From positions 17,980,001-18,044,000 of the forward strand of contig OX597839.1 in the NCBI GenBank assembly GCA_951406725.2: a stretch of DNA of 64,000 bases, given 5' to 3'. Made by a program: the position numbers and the translations under genes. The stretch is from Octopus vulgaris (taxonomy: Eukaryota). Positions 1 through 12,945 of the stretch are shown one piece after another. The stretch's first letter is position 1, and the number at the start of each line of letters is the position of its first letter. Below the pieces are notes generated by a model that worked only from the letters and a program-made list of their open reading frames with translations, did not search any database and was not told where the DNA came from.

Positions 1-112
1 AGAGATTCACATATGTAAAGCCATGCATGCATAAAAACATGCATGGTCACAAATATGTAAGTGTGAAGGGTAGTTATATCACTGTGTGTATGTGCATATC
101 TGTCTCTCTCTC

Positions 113-155
<43 letters not shown>

Positions 156-1327
156 TGGATGATGATATCTAAATCCAATGGAGGAGCATTGTTTGTTGAT
201 TGAAGACTTTTTGATGAGAAATTTGAGAAATGAAATAGGAACTGATATATAAAAATAAAATTATATATTAGCAATCACACACAAACTGTATGTGTATGTA
301 TGTATACTCTTTTACTTGTTTCAGTCATTTGACTGTGGCCATGCTGGAGCATTGCCTTTAGTCGAGCGAATCGACCCCAGGACTTATTCTTTGTAAGCCT
401 AGTACTTATTTTATCAGTCACTTTTGCCGAACCGCTAAGTTACGGGGATGTATGTGTGTGTCTTTTATCTCTGTAGCTTGTTTCTTTTCATTGGACTGTG
501 GCCATGCTGTGTCTGCCTTCAAGGGCTTTTAGTCGAACAGATCGATGCTGGCATTTATTTTAATGTCTGGTACTTGGCCTGTCAGTATCTTAAGCCACAC
601 TATTAAGTTACAGGGATGTAAACTAACTAACACCAGTTACCAAGTAGTGGTGTTGAGAGACACACACAAACTGGCTTTTTCCCATTTCCATCTATCAAAT
701 CCACTTGAAAGTTTTTGGTTAATCCAGGGCTTATAGTAGAAGCAATGCACATGTGCAAAGAGAGCTGCAACCATGCATTTAAGAAAGCTATTCATTTAGA
801 TCAAAAGGATCAAACCCTAGGCTCGTAACAAGTTTCCTGGACTCTGTGGCATATATATCCCCTTCTGGACAGGATGCCAGCCCATCACAGGATTACTCAT
901 TTTTATCAGTTGAATGGACTGAAGCAACATGAAATGAACTGTTTTATTCTTGAACACAATGCATTGCCTGGTCCAGGAATTGAAGCCACAATCCTATGAT
1001 CATGAATGCAACACCCTGAACTCTAAGCTATGCACCTCTACTTATGCATACATACAAGATATTGGTTTCAAATTTTGGCACAAGGCCAAAAATTCTGTGG
1101 GAGGGGGTAAGTTGATTTCATTGTCCCCAGTACTCAACTGGTACTTGTTTTATTGACCCCCAGCAGAATGAAAAGCAAAGTCAACTCTTGTTGATAGCAT
1201 CTGAACTCAAAAGACTGAAGAAATGCTACTAAGCATTTTGTCCGGCATGTTAATACTTCTGCCAGCTCGACACATAAAAAATATTAACACACATATCTAC
1301 AAAACTATATATATGTATATATATATA

Positions 1328-1465
1328 GGGGGAGAGTTTACGAAAAAAAAAAGACGAAGACAGATGGTGTAGAAAACAAACCGATGTATTGGTATAACGC
1401 TCAGGAATAGAAAAAGTCTTTTACGTTTCGAGCCTACGCTCTTCTACAGAAAGGGACACAGAAAA
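1328..1465 (-). mobile_element. Solo Penelope-like pLTR fragment with a minimal hammerhead motif
   Basis: Minus strand CTTT-CTGTAGA-A-GAGCGTAGGCTC-GAAA-CGTA-AAAG, followed by sequence resembling the pLTR end at 23530-23620. Ends in a (TA)n tract. Confidence 0.65.
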
Positions 1466-1621
1466 CACACACACACACACGTGCATAAAATAATATACAC
1501 ACATAGAAAACTACATCATATGAACAAAAATATACTTAGAAACTATACATTAACACAAATATGCTTTCAACAATACATACAAACAAAATTATGTGAACTA
1601 ACACACATACATATAGATGTA

Positions 1622-1995
1622 GGCACAGACATGGCTGTGTGGTAAGAAGCTTGCTACCTAACCACATGGTTCCAGATTCAGTCCCACTGCAGGCACCTTG
1701 GGCAAGTATCACCTACTATAGCCACAGGTTGACCAAAAGTGGATTTGGTAGATGGAAATTGAAAAAGGTCTGTCTTTGTGTGTGTGTATGTGTGTGTGTG
1801 TGTGTGTCCAACTACCACTTGACAACTAGTGTTGGTGTATTTATATCCCTGTAACTTAGCAGTTCATCAAAAGAGACTGATAGAATAAGTACCAGGCTTA
1901 AAATAAATAAGTACTGGGATAGAATCATTTGACTAAAAATTCTTCACATCAGTGCTCCAGCATGACCACAATCTAATGACTGAACAAGTGAGAGA
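1622..1995 (+). mobile_element. tRNA-derived SINE, family A (CORE-like), diverged copy
   Basis: TGGCTGTGTGGTAAG A-box, GGTTCCAGATTCAGTCC B-box region, CACCTTGGGCAAGT block, internal (TG)n and GCTCCAGCATG..ACTGAACAAG tail. Confidence 0.85.
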
Positions 1996-2460
1996 TAAAA
2001 GATACATGCATACACACACACATACATACATATATGCACATGCATGTGTGTGTACTGCATACAGGTTCAACTCTGCACTTTACATGTTTCACTTTCCGTC
2101 TCTCTTGCATACACTCATATACACTCTGCATATAGGATAAAGTTTATTACATTTTACAACATATATAATGTGTATATATATATATATATATATACAGACA
2201 TGCACACACACATATATCTAGATATGCACATGCATATAAATATATAGGCATGCATATACATATATATATCTAGATGTGCATATATATATATATATACATA
2301 AATATATATCATATGTATATATATATACATAAATACATATATACATACATATATATATATACATTCATACATATATATATTCATACATGCATATATATAT
2401 ATACATACATATATATATATATACATACATATACATTCATACATACACACACATATATAC

Positions 2461-2494
<34 letters not shown>

Positions 2495-3532
2495 GCATGC
2501 ATGGACATAAACACACATACACACAATGCATATAGGGTCAACTTTATTACATTTTACATGCCCCTTCTTTTTCTCTTTCTCTCTTCCTCTTTCCCTCCCC
2601 CCATCTCTCTCTCTCTCTCTCTCCTTCAACCATCCCTGCATCTATACATGATGGTTACTGAAATGTAAATAATGACTCAATGATTGCAGCATTGGTTTTG
2701 AATGCTCATTTATTCACTTTGTGTAAATACAATAAACTACTCTAATACAACAACAACAACAGCAATGAGAATAACGAAAACAACAGTCATTTCATTCTCG
2801 CTTCATTGCTTTGTGGTGGTGGTAGTAATTGTTGTTATTGTGATGTTGTTGTTCAGTGTTGATTTTTAAGGAGTTTCCTTACCTCACCTTAGTAAATCTC
2901 TACTGACCAACCAACCAAGCAGGCAGCTGGGATATAAACGAAATAATAAAAAGTGTGTGATGGTGATGGTGGCAGGTCAATGGGCAAAAAAGAGAAAAAA
3001 AAAAATGAAGAAATATTTATTATATTTTTAAGTTTGTTATTTTGTTTTCATGCTTCAGCCATTTTAGGGGTCTTTTTCTTTTAGTGGGAAGGGAGATTTT
3101 CATTTTCATTCTTTTGCTTTACAAATATCATCATTATTATATAGATAGATAGACGGTCGGACGGACGGACGGACAGACAGATAGATAGATAGATAGATAG
3201 ATAAATGGCATGTATATGTATGTGTCTATATTTCTGTATATTTGTGCATCCAAATATGTAAGTATGATCATCATCATTTAACAACCATGTTCCATGCTGG
3301 CTTGGGTTACATAGTTTGATGGATCTTATATGGCCCAAAGGACTGCATTTTGCTCCAGTGTCTGCTGTGACATGGTTTCTACGGCTGGATGTCCTTCCTA
3401 AAGCATGGACAGGGTGCTTTTCTCCTGCTACCAGCACTAGTGAAATTTCCATGCACCTTGTGAGACTATGGATTCTGAGTGGGGACAAGAGGAACCTTAT
3501 GCAATGAGAATAAGGTGTAGAGATGGGTAAAT

Positions 3533-3700
3533 CATCATCATCATCATCGTTTAGCGTCCGCTTTCCATGCTAGCATGGGTTGGACGGTTCAACTGGGGTC
3601 TGGGAAGCCAGAAGGCTGCACCAGGCCCAGTCTGATCTGGCAGTGTTTCTACGGCTGGATGCCCTTCCTAACGCCAACCACTCCATGAGTGTAGTGGGTG
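3533..3700 (-). mobile_element. RTE-clade LINE 3' UTR fragment with (GAT)n tail
   Basis: Reverse complement matches 18940-19110, the 3' UTR that follows the RTE ORF. Confidence 0.85.
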
Positions 3701-3741
3701 GAGAGAAAGGGCAAGAGCAAAATAGATTTCTTGCTGTCGTA

Positions 3742-4239
3742 CAGTGGTTCCCAACTGGGGTCCATAAGACCCTTTGGGGTGCATATAAGATTTTGTTATT
3801 AAAATTTATGAGCAATGAATTGGTTACACTTCTGCAATACACAAAATATTTTAACAATTTTTTAAATACAATTTCTAATAATATTTAATTATAAAAATAT
3901 AATGGGAGTTTTTAAACATTAAAGATGCAAGTTTGGCTTTGTGGTAAGAAGATCATTTCTCAACCTCATTGTTCTAGGTTCACTTTCACCGTGTAGCATT
4001 TTGGGCAAGTGTCTTCTATTATAGCGTTGGGCAGTAGATTTGGTAGACGGAAACTGAAAGAAGTCCTTTATATAAATGTGGCTGTGTGGTAAGTAGCTTG
4101 TTTACCAACCACATGGTTCCGGGTTCAGTCCCACTGCGTGGCATATTGGGCATGTGTCTTCTACTATAGCTTCAGGCCGACCAAAGCCTTGTGAGTGGAT
4201 TTGGTAGATGGAAACTGAAAGAAGCCTGTCATATATATG

Positions 4240-4273
<34 letters not shown>

Positions 4274-4591
4274 GGCGTGTATGTTTGTGTGTCTGTGTTT
4301 GTCCCCCTAGTATTGCTTGACAACCAATGCTGGTGTGTTTACGTCCCTGTCACTTAGCGGTTTGGCAAAAGAGACCAATAGAATAAGTACTGGGCTTACA
4401 AAGAATAAGTCCCGGGTGTCGAGTTGCTCAATTAAAGGCGGTGCTCCAGCATGGCTGCAGTCTAATGACTGAAACAAGTAAAAGACTGAACAACTATGGG
4501 AGTCTATCATCACCATCATCATTATCATCATCTAGTACAGTAAAATAGGAATCAAAGGGGTGGATAAGTAAAACATGGTTGACAAACACTA
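3742..4591. mobile_element. hAT-like MITE interrupted by two family-A SINEs
   Basis: Left end CAGTGGTTCCCAAC, degenerate right end GTTGACAAACACTA. SINEs lie at about 3925-4070 and 4078-4485. Confidence 0.45.
4078..4485 (+). mobile_element. tRNA-derived SINE, family A, near full length
   Basis: Highly similar to the copies at 14458, 48942 and 62382. Confidence 0.9.
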
Positions 4592-4869
4592 TTGTAGTGG
4601 AACGGCATGACCACTTACGTTTTGGAAGGGATGGGGCTGGAAAGTGATGTAAGTGGTGATGAAGTGTTAGGGGGGACTTTCAAGGTATGAGTGAAACAGA
4701 GGTGTCAGGTAAGAGTTGGTGGAGTAGGGTATGTCTAATAGTGTGGGCAGCAGGAAGAAATGGAAATGATGATAGTGTAAAGAGGGGTACAAATGAGATG
4801 GTATGCTGACAGTTTAGGGGTTGCAGGGGTGGATGAGGAAGAGAAAGAGAGAGGGGGAGGGGATCTTAT

Positions 4870-5258
4870 TCTTTTACTCGATTTCAATCATTATTAGAGT
4901 GTGGCCATGATGGAGCACCACTTTGAAGAGTTTAGTTGAACAAATTGACCCCAGAAATTTTTTTTCTTATAAATGTCTGTTATTTATTTTACCAGTCTCT
5001 ATTGCTGAATTGTTGAATTGTAAGGTTACAGGGACACAAACAAACCAATGTAGATTGTCAAGGTATGGGAAGGGGAGATACAAACACTGACACACTTGTA
5101 TCTGTGTCTGTGTTTATGCACAGTTTCCATCTACCAAATTCACTCAAAGCACTGACCACCCTATGGGACCATAGTAGAAGACACTTGTCCAGTGGGACAG
5201 AACCCAAAACCATGTGGTTGCAAAGTAATCTTCTTAACCACACAGCCATGCCTGCACC
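4870..5258 (-). mobile_element. tRNA-derived SINE, family A, diverged
   Basis: Reverse complement of family A head and tail. Inverted relative to the 4078 copy. Confidence 0.8.
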
Positions 5259-5526
5259 TATACTATGTACATATATTTTGTTTGACATTCTGTACCAGTC
5301 TGTGTTTATTTTACTAATCCTATATCTCTGCCGCATGTGTTTTCAGCTGAAAGACCTTACTTTGTCTCGTTTTGTCTAGTGCTTTCCAGATGAGTGATAC
5401 CAAAATTTTTCAAACTGCTGAAAGCATAATGACTCTGGTTTAACTCTTGACTGATGTAATGGGTTTATCCATGTCTGCTTTTTTGTACTTTCCATTAATT
5501 TTATCATACATTCACTATTATTTTGA

Positions 5527-5540
5527 TTATATATATATAC

Positions 5541-5616
<76 letters not shown>

Positions 5617-5801
5617 ATACATATACATATATATACATACATATATATATACATATACATATATATATATATACATATATATATACATATATACATACAT
5701 GTATATACATATATACATACATATATATATATACATACATATATATATCATCATCATAAGTTAGCGTCCGTTTTCCATGCTAGCATGGTTGGACTATACA
5801 C

Positions 5802-5866
<65 letters not shown>

Positions 5867-5891
5867 CATATATATATACATACATATATAT

Positions 5892-5974
<83 letters not shown>

Positions 5975-5975
5975 T
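5527..5975. repeat. Compound (TA)n/(TACA)n microsatellite containing a ~50-bp RTE tail stub (5748-5794)
   Basis: Direct reading of the sequence. Confidence 0.95.
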
Positions 5976-6559
5976 ACAAATACATAAAGAAAATAAGAGA
6001 GAAAGAAATTTGCCTGTGCATGTGTGTGTGTGTCTGTATTTACATATGAACATATACTTTTAAAAATGAAACTTTTAGAAAAAAATACCTATATATGTAT
6101 TTATAACAATTTTCTCTCTCTCTCACTATATATACATCTAAATATATATAGATATATATATAGGCTCTCTCTCAAATCAACATGGATCATTGATAATGAT
6201 AGAGAAAGGGGGTTTCTGCATTATATTCAAGGGAAAATGCTAGGATTTTTTTTACCTCTATTGATGACGATGCTGTGGGGTGGGGATGGGGGGGAGACCT
6301 GTTTCTATGACCAATTAATCTTATTTCAAATATCATTGTAAGAGATGAACAATATACCAAACAACAAAACATAACAAAACACTTTTATATGCTGTTATGG
6401 ATTTATTCTATCTTTTTTTGTTTTGATATTCCACCATCTTCTTCTGTGGATGTCTTCTTCCCTATTGTTGTTGATAACAGAAAAAATAAATGTAAATGTA
6501 AAGCCTATATGAGTGTACATGTAAACATGTGGATATATTTATATGTACATGCATATTTA

Positions 6560-6805
6560 TATATCTATATATATATATGTATGTGTGTGTATGTATATGT
6601 GTATGTATCTGTGTAAGTATGTATGTATGTGTGTATGTATGTATGTATGTGTGTGTGTATGCATGTGTGTATGCATGTGTATGTGTGTATGTGTGTATGT
6701 ATGTATGTATGTGTGTATGCATGTATGTATGTATGTGTGTATGTATGTGTGTATGTATGTGTGTATGTATGTATGTGTGTATGTATGTATGCATGTATGT
6801 ATATG
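6560..6805. repeat. (TATG)n/(TG)n compound microsatellite
   Basis: Direct reading of the sequence. Confidence 0.95.
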
Positions 6806-7074
6806 TTGTAGATGTTCATATTAACACTCACATATATATATATATCTGAAACAACTAGATTTGATGTGTATATAAACAGATAGGTCACCTGTTTCTAAGG
6901 GAATGGTCAAGTAAGGTTGCCACCTCACATGAAACTCCAGTAAAGGTCGAAAATTGATTAATGCTGTTCATAATTTTTTTTCAATCTGCAGAAAAAATAG
7001 GTAAAAATGAAGATGTTTGTATGTCTATCACATAAGTTACATACATATATATGTATGTGTGTGTGTCTGTGTAG

Positions 7075-7625
7075 TCAAGCCAAGTGAAATCATAGTTGTG
7101 GCCATTGTTGGTGTCATGTAAGTGGCACCCATGCTGGTGGAACATATAGGGCACCTTTCAAGCGTCGGGCCTCACAGATACAATGTGGCCGATGCCCGTG
7201 TCACGTAACTGGCACCCATGCCCATGGCTCATAAAAGGCACCTTTTAAGCGTCGGGCCTCACGAAGGCAATGTGGCTGATGCCCGTGTCACGTAACTAGA
7301 ACCTGTGCCTATGGCATATAAAAAGGTACCTTTCAAGTGTTTGGTGTCATGGAGACAAGGACAAATGACCAAGGCCTTCAGCAATATGTTGTGCTTGAAA
7401 AGAAGACCCGGCAAGCCAAGTGAAACCATAGTCGTGGCAGATGCTGGTGTCACGTAAAAGCACCCATTACACTCTCAGAGTGGTTGGCACTAGGAAGAGC
7501 ATCCAGGCATAGAAACCATGCCAAATCAGATTGGAATCTGGTGCAGCCCCTCAGTTTACCAGCTCTGGTCAAACTGTCCAACCCATATCAGTATGGACAA
7601 TGGACATTAAATGATGATGATGACA
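7075..7625 (+). mobile_element. RTE LINE 3' UTR (older subfamily) with internal tandem subrepeats
   Basis: Conserved GAGTGGTTGGC..TAGGAAGAGCATCCAG block, (GAT)n tail and repeated GTGTCACGTAACTGGCACC units. Confidence 0.75.
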
Positions 7626-8092
7626 TAAGAATAATATAAAACAAGGATGGAGGATATCAGGCTTTAATAATAGATCACATTTGTTTCTGCACTGCACCCA
7701 AGCTTTAGGTTGCTAAAATTATACTCACATACCATTATTAAAGATTATTCAAAGAGTAATCTTGAAAAGTCTTTTAAAATTACTATATAACTGAATATTT
7801 TTGCAACAGCAGTCTTGTGTGGGCACTTGATCAGGTGGAATATAATTAATTCCAATAAAATGCAAGTTACAAGGTTTCTATCCGAATTATACTAAAGATA
7901 CGTACTCAACTGAGTGTGCAAATGAAAGTAGCACTCAATATGCTTGACTTGAAATTTCAGGGACACTTAAGATACATTGACTTCATCAGGTTTACGAGCA
8001 GAGGGAAAATTATGAGAAATTCAAGAAGGTTTCTAGACCATATGGCTGAGAAGTAAACTTCTTAACCACACTCTCATACCTGCATTTATAGC

Positions 8093-8625
8093 CATCATCA
8101 TCATCATCGTTTAACGTCTGCTTTCCATGCTAGCATGGGTTGGATGATTTTGACTGAAGGCTGGTGAGCCAGATGGCTGCACCAGGTTCCAATCTTGATC
8201 TGGCAGAGTTTCTACAGCTGGATGCCCTTCCTAATACCAACTACTCCGAGAGTGTAGTGAGTGCTTTTTATGTGCCACCGGCACGGGGGGCCAGTCAGGC
8301 AGTACTGGCAATGACCTCACTTGAATCTTTTTACACGTGCCAGTGAAGCGACGTTGGTAACGATCACGCTCGAATGGTGCTCTTTTACGTGCCACGGGTA
8401 CGGAAACCAGTTGGCTGCTCTGGCAACGATCACGCTCGGATGGTGCTCTTGGCACCCTACTAGCACAGGCATAAGTGCCAGTAAGGCAACGTTGGCAACG
8501 ATCATACTCGAATAGCCGCTCTGTCAATGATCACACTCGTATGGTGCTCTTTGCACCCGTCATCGAATTGATTTTGATTTTGATTTCACTTGCCTCAACA
8601 GGTCGCCACAAGCAGAGTTTAGTGA
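8093..8625 (-). mobile_element. RTE LINE 3' UTR with multiple internal subrepeats
   Basis: (CAT)n at the left end. The reverse complement matches 18770-19110, including GACCTGTTGAGGCAAGTGA. Confidence 0.85.
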
Positions 8626-8954
8626 CCATTATTTTATTTCTAATTCAGGGCTGTGTTGTACATAAAATAGTTATTGTTTAAAGACAAGTTGTGAAAGGCA
8701 CAGATATGTAAGCTAGGCTATCCACTGTGGGGCTAGCCTTATTTATGATCACTTTATATCAGAGCAGAATGTGTCTGCTATTAGTTAGAGAAGGATACTC
8801 AGCTCATTTTCCCACACATCAAAAGTACATAAAGAAATGTTTCTACATTCTTATTTCAATTTCACCCAGAGGGAAGGATGCTTTGTGATATTTCAACTTA
8901 TTTCAGTTCTTCTGATTCATGCTTTGTTATGCATTAAATACATACATTAAATAC

Positions 8955-9274
<320 letters not shown>

Positions 9275-9516
9275 AAATGGTAATGACACTATTCTTAAGA
9301 AATCATTGATTTCTCTTTTTTAACAAATTCTTTTTCAAAACATTTTTTCCACTAAGTTATATTCATTTCCTTGATTCCTTGTTTCATGTGGTAGAATTCA
9401 TCCATGAAGTCTTTTCATATCGGATTTGTCTCAGCAGAGAAATCTTCTTTGTGTTTACATATTGTCTCACATATTGTCTTTGTCTCATAAAACCATAGGA
9501 AATTTTATCATGTATT

Positions 9517-9931
9517 TTAACCCTTTAGCATTCAGATTACTTATGTACAAATGTAATGCTTGCTTATCCACATGGTTTTTAATTCATTATGCAGTATATC
9601 ATAGCTTCAAGATTTCAATGATGTGATTACTTATTTTTAGTGACATTGCAGAGTAGGTGTGAGAGACCAGATACGGTCGAGTTAAATATAAAACAGGTAT
9701 AATATTGGGCCTGATGTGGCTGGTTTAACCATCTACTATTCAGATTACTCTCTCAAATGTAATGCTTACATTGTTTTAAATTAATCAGCATTGTCTCATA
9801 GCATTGAGATTTCAATGATGTGATTCTTTATTTTTAGAATGATATTGCAGATTAGGCTTGAAAGGCTGGATCTGTATGGTTTGGGCATAAAACAGGGAGA
9901 ATATTTGGGCCTGATATGGCTAAAAGGTTAA
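9517..9931. mobile_element. piggyBac-like MITE (TTAA ends) with an internal ~210-bp tandem duplication
   Basis: TTAA-CCCTTTAGC ... GCTAAAAGG-TTAA. The block ATTCAGATTAC..AAATGTAATGCTT..GATTTCAATGATGTGATT occurs twice. Confidence 0.65.
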
Positions 9932-10011
9932 GAAGGGCAGTGGACTTGCAGAATTAGTTGAACATTAAACAAAATCTCCTTGCAGTATTTGTTCCACTTC
10001 TTTATATTACA

Positions 10012-10373
10012 CTAGCACTATGACCCGGCAACGCTGGGTCATAATGCTAGTGCATGCATATACAGCTGCGTGCATGCACTCATACACGCGAGTACTGTCC
10101 AGATCTCTGACCAACCAAATACAGCTAGCTGGCATTCAATTGGCGTATCAAGTTTCGGGCATTTTGATTGGGTTTTGGATAGAAACTTCACAAAAAAGTC
10201 ACTTCTATTGGTTTTTTAATGGCTTTGCAGGGTGACTGGGGAAATGTAAAGATGTGCATGACCACCCTTGGACGGTTTTGAATGACCATAGAAAGTTCGA
10301 GCCCTCTAACTGAAAAATTGTGGATTTGTATAAAGAACACACATGCAGACATTTTGCTGTTTATATGTATAGA
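10012..10373 (-). mobile_element. Non-autonomous Helitron-like element inserted in a family-B SINE
   Basis: Minus strand starts TCTATACATATAAA and ends with hairpin GACCCAGCGTTGCCGGGTC followed by CTAG. The flanks rejoin into a SINE-B. Confidence 0.75.
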
Positions 10374-10859
10374 GCTGATCAAATACCACACTAAAGTCAA
10401 GTTTTCCTTTTATCCCTTAGGGGGTCAATAAAATTATGTACTAGTGAGGGTGCATGGCCTAGTGATTAGAATGTTGTACTCAACACTGCAAGGTCATGGG
10501 TTTGATTCCTAGACTGAGTGCTATATTGTTCTTGAGCAAAACACTTCATTTCACATTGCTTATTCCTTTCAGCTGTAAAGGAGCAGCCCCGTGTGGACTG
10601 AAAGCTCATTCAGAGGGATTGTTGAGATCCTCAGTCGCTATTATGCCATGGAAACCTATGAGCTTTCAGACACTGGAGATAATAATGTCCAGGGGTTGAT
10701 GATGATAAGTACCAGGGATTTTAGTATTGACTAACCAGCCTCTTCTGAAATAATTGCTGGCCTTGTGTCTAAATTAGAAATCATTATTATTGGTGAGCTG
10801 GTGGATTTGTTAGCATGGCAATATTTCTCCTGACTCTTTATATTTTGAATTCAAATTGT

Positions 10860-11110
10860 ACCTACGTAACAGAAACTTTTTACTATCTCTAAAGATTCTC
10901 CTGGGTATTCCAGAAGAATCTATTTCCAAAGTGCTCCTAGTGTTCACTGCTCTTGTACACCTTCCACAAACAAACACTACTTTCTATGTTATTCTTCTCG
11001 TGAATCCAGTGCTATCCTTGGATATCCATAGTTATACATTCCGTGTTTTGTGGCCCTTTATATACGGCAGGTTTTCTATTGTATGTACATACAAAAGGAA
11101 ACCTGTGGTA
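10860..11110 (-). pseudogene. Decayed RTE LINE ORF fragment
   Basis: Minus frames give KVVFVCGRC and SLEIVKSFCYVG, compared with EIVDSFRYLD at 18098. Contains stops and frameshifts. Confidence 0.55.
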
Positions 11111-11129
11111 TTTGTTCCAGCTTCTATCT

Positions 11130-11528
11130 TTTACTTGTTTCTGGCATTAGACTGTGCCCATGCTGGGGCACCACCTTAAAAAAGTCTTAGTTGAAAGAAT
11201 CAATGCTAGTACTTATCTTTTTCTTCAAGCTTGGTACTTATTCTATTAATCTCTTTTGTTGAACTGCTAAGTTATGGGGGACATAGACACACCAACACTG
11301 TTTGTCTATCAGTGGTAGGGGACAGACGCAGACTCAAAGACACACACACAGGTATATATATATATATATACAATGGGCTTCTTTCAGTTTCCGTCTACCA
11401 AATCCACTCACAAGGTTTTGGCCGACCTAAGGTTATAGTAGAAGACACTTGCCCAGAGTGCCATGCAGTGGGGCTGAACCCAGAACCATGTAGTTAGGAA
11501 GCAAGCCTTTTACCACATAGCCACACCC
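11130..11528 (-). mobile_element. tRNA-derived SINE, family A
   Basis: Reverse complement of the family A consensus. Confidence 0.85.
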
Positions 11529-12060
11529 CTTTACATTCTGATTTCAAATCCCAATGAGGTCAGCTTTGCTTTTCATCCTTCCATGAGTGAGTGAAAGAAA
11601 ATGCAAAATCCCAGTCATGATCTGGGGCTGATTTAATCGACTAGCCCCCACCACCTCTCAAAACTACTCACATCATCACCACCACCACCACCACGATCAT
11701 CACCATCGTCATGGTATAGTAAATCACTTGTTAGATTTGTCTTTTAGCAGTTAACAAAGAATCTTGATACTCACATCCCAATGTTGCAAACGAATCTTTG
11801 ATGTTATAGAAAATATTCAAAGTCATTTTCTAGCTTGGAAAATAAAAATGACAAACAACATTCGTCGTACCATCACCATCGCCACCCCGTATCTTTATAA
11901 AATGAAAACTTTGTCTCCAGTTTAATATCTTTTTGTTTTCTTTTATGTGTATTTATGTTTTCTGTTACATTCGTCTACAAGTCATCAGACACTGGCTAAA
12001 TATTTTGTGTCACCACAAGTGTTGCTATGCAAATTCATGAAGCGTTCCATATTTTTCTAA

Positions 12061-12293
12061 GGCAGTGAGCTGGCAGAAGCGTTAGCATGCTGGGCGAAAT
12101 GCTTTGTGGTATTTCGTCTGCCGTTACGTTGTGAGTTCAAATTCCGCTGAGGTTGACTTTGCCTTTCATCCTTTCGAGGTCGATAAATTAAGCACCAGTT
12201 ACGCACTGGGGTCGATGTAATCAACTTAATACCTATGTCTGTCCTTGTTTGTCCCCTCTATGTTTAGCCCCTTGTGGGTAACGAAGAAATAGG
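12061..12293 (+). mobile_element. tRNA-derived SINE, family B, full length
   Basis: GGCAGTGAGCTGGCAGAA head, GAGTTCAAATTCC B-box, central GACTTTGCCTTTCATCCTTTCG block. Near-identical to the 33020 copy. Confidence 0.85.
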
Positions 12294-12609
12294 TATGTAT
12301 GCATGTTTACTTCACCATAATCATCATCCGATGATGATGATAATGATTTCAAATCCCACGAAGGTCAATTTCGGCTTTCATCGTTTCAGAAGTGATGAAA
12401 TAAATACCAGTCATGTACTTGGGTTAACTGACTAAACCCCACCCCTGAAAATTGCTAGCATCCTCATTATATCATCATCATCATTACCAACATCATCCTT
12501 GTGTCTGCTTCAATCTTTGCATAGGTTGGACTGGTTGTTAGGATCCAAATCAGTTTTTATTTGTAGTTACTGTCCCCCAGCATGGATCAGAGGGTTACAT
12601 CTGGTTTAA

Positions 12610-12945
12610 GTATGGCTGTGTGGTAAGAAGTTTGCTTCCCAACCACTGTGTGGCACCTTGGGCTTCTACTATAGCCTTAGGCTGACCAAAGCCTTGTAAG
12701 TGGATTTGGTAGACAGAAACTGAAAGAAGCCTGTCGAGTGTGTATGTATGTATGTCTTTGTTTATCGCCCCAACACCACTTGATAACCGGTATTGGTGTG
12801 TTTATGTCCCCATAACTTAACAGTTCAACAAAAGAGACCGATAGAATAAGTACCAGGTTTAAAAAAAATACTGAGATCGATTCATTTGACTAAAAAATCT
12901 TCAAAGCAGTGCCCCAGCATGGCCCTAGTTTAATGACTGAAACAA
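12610..12945 (+). mobile_element. tRNA-derived SINE, family A, internally deleted
   Basis: Family A head and tail with deletions in the B-box region. Confidence 0.8.

Noticed and set aside
2883-2926. Minus-strand exon-like segment with good acceptor and GAG|GTAAGG donor
   Set aside because: Stop codons in all three frames. It could only be non-coding, and there is no other support.
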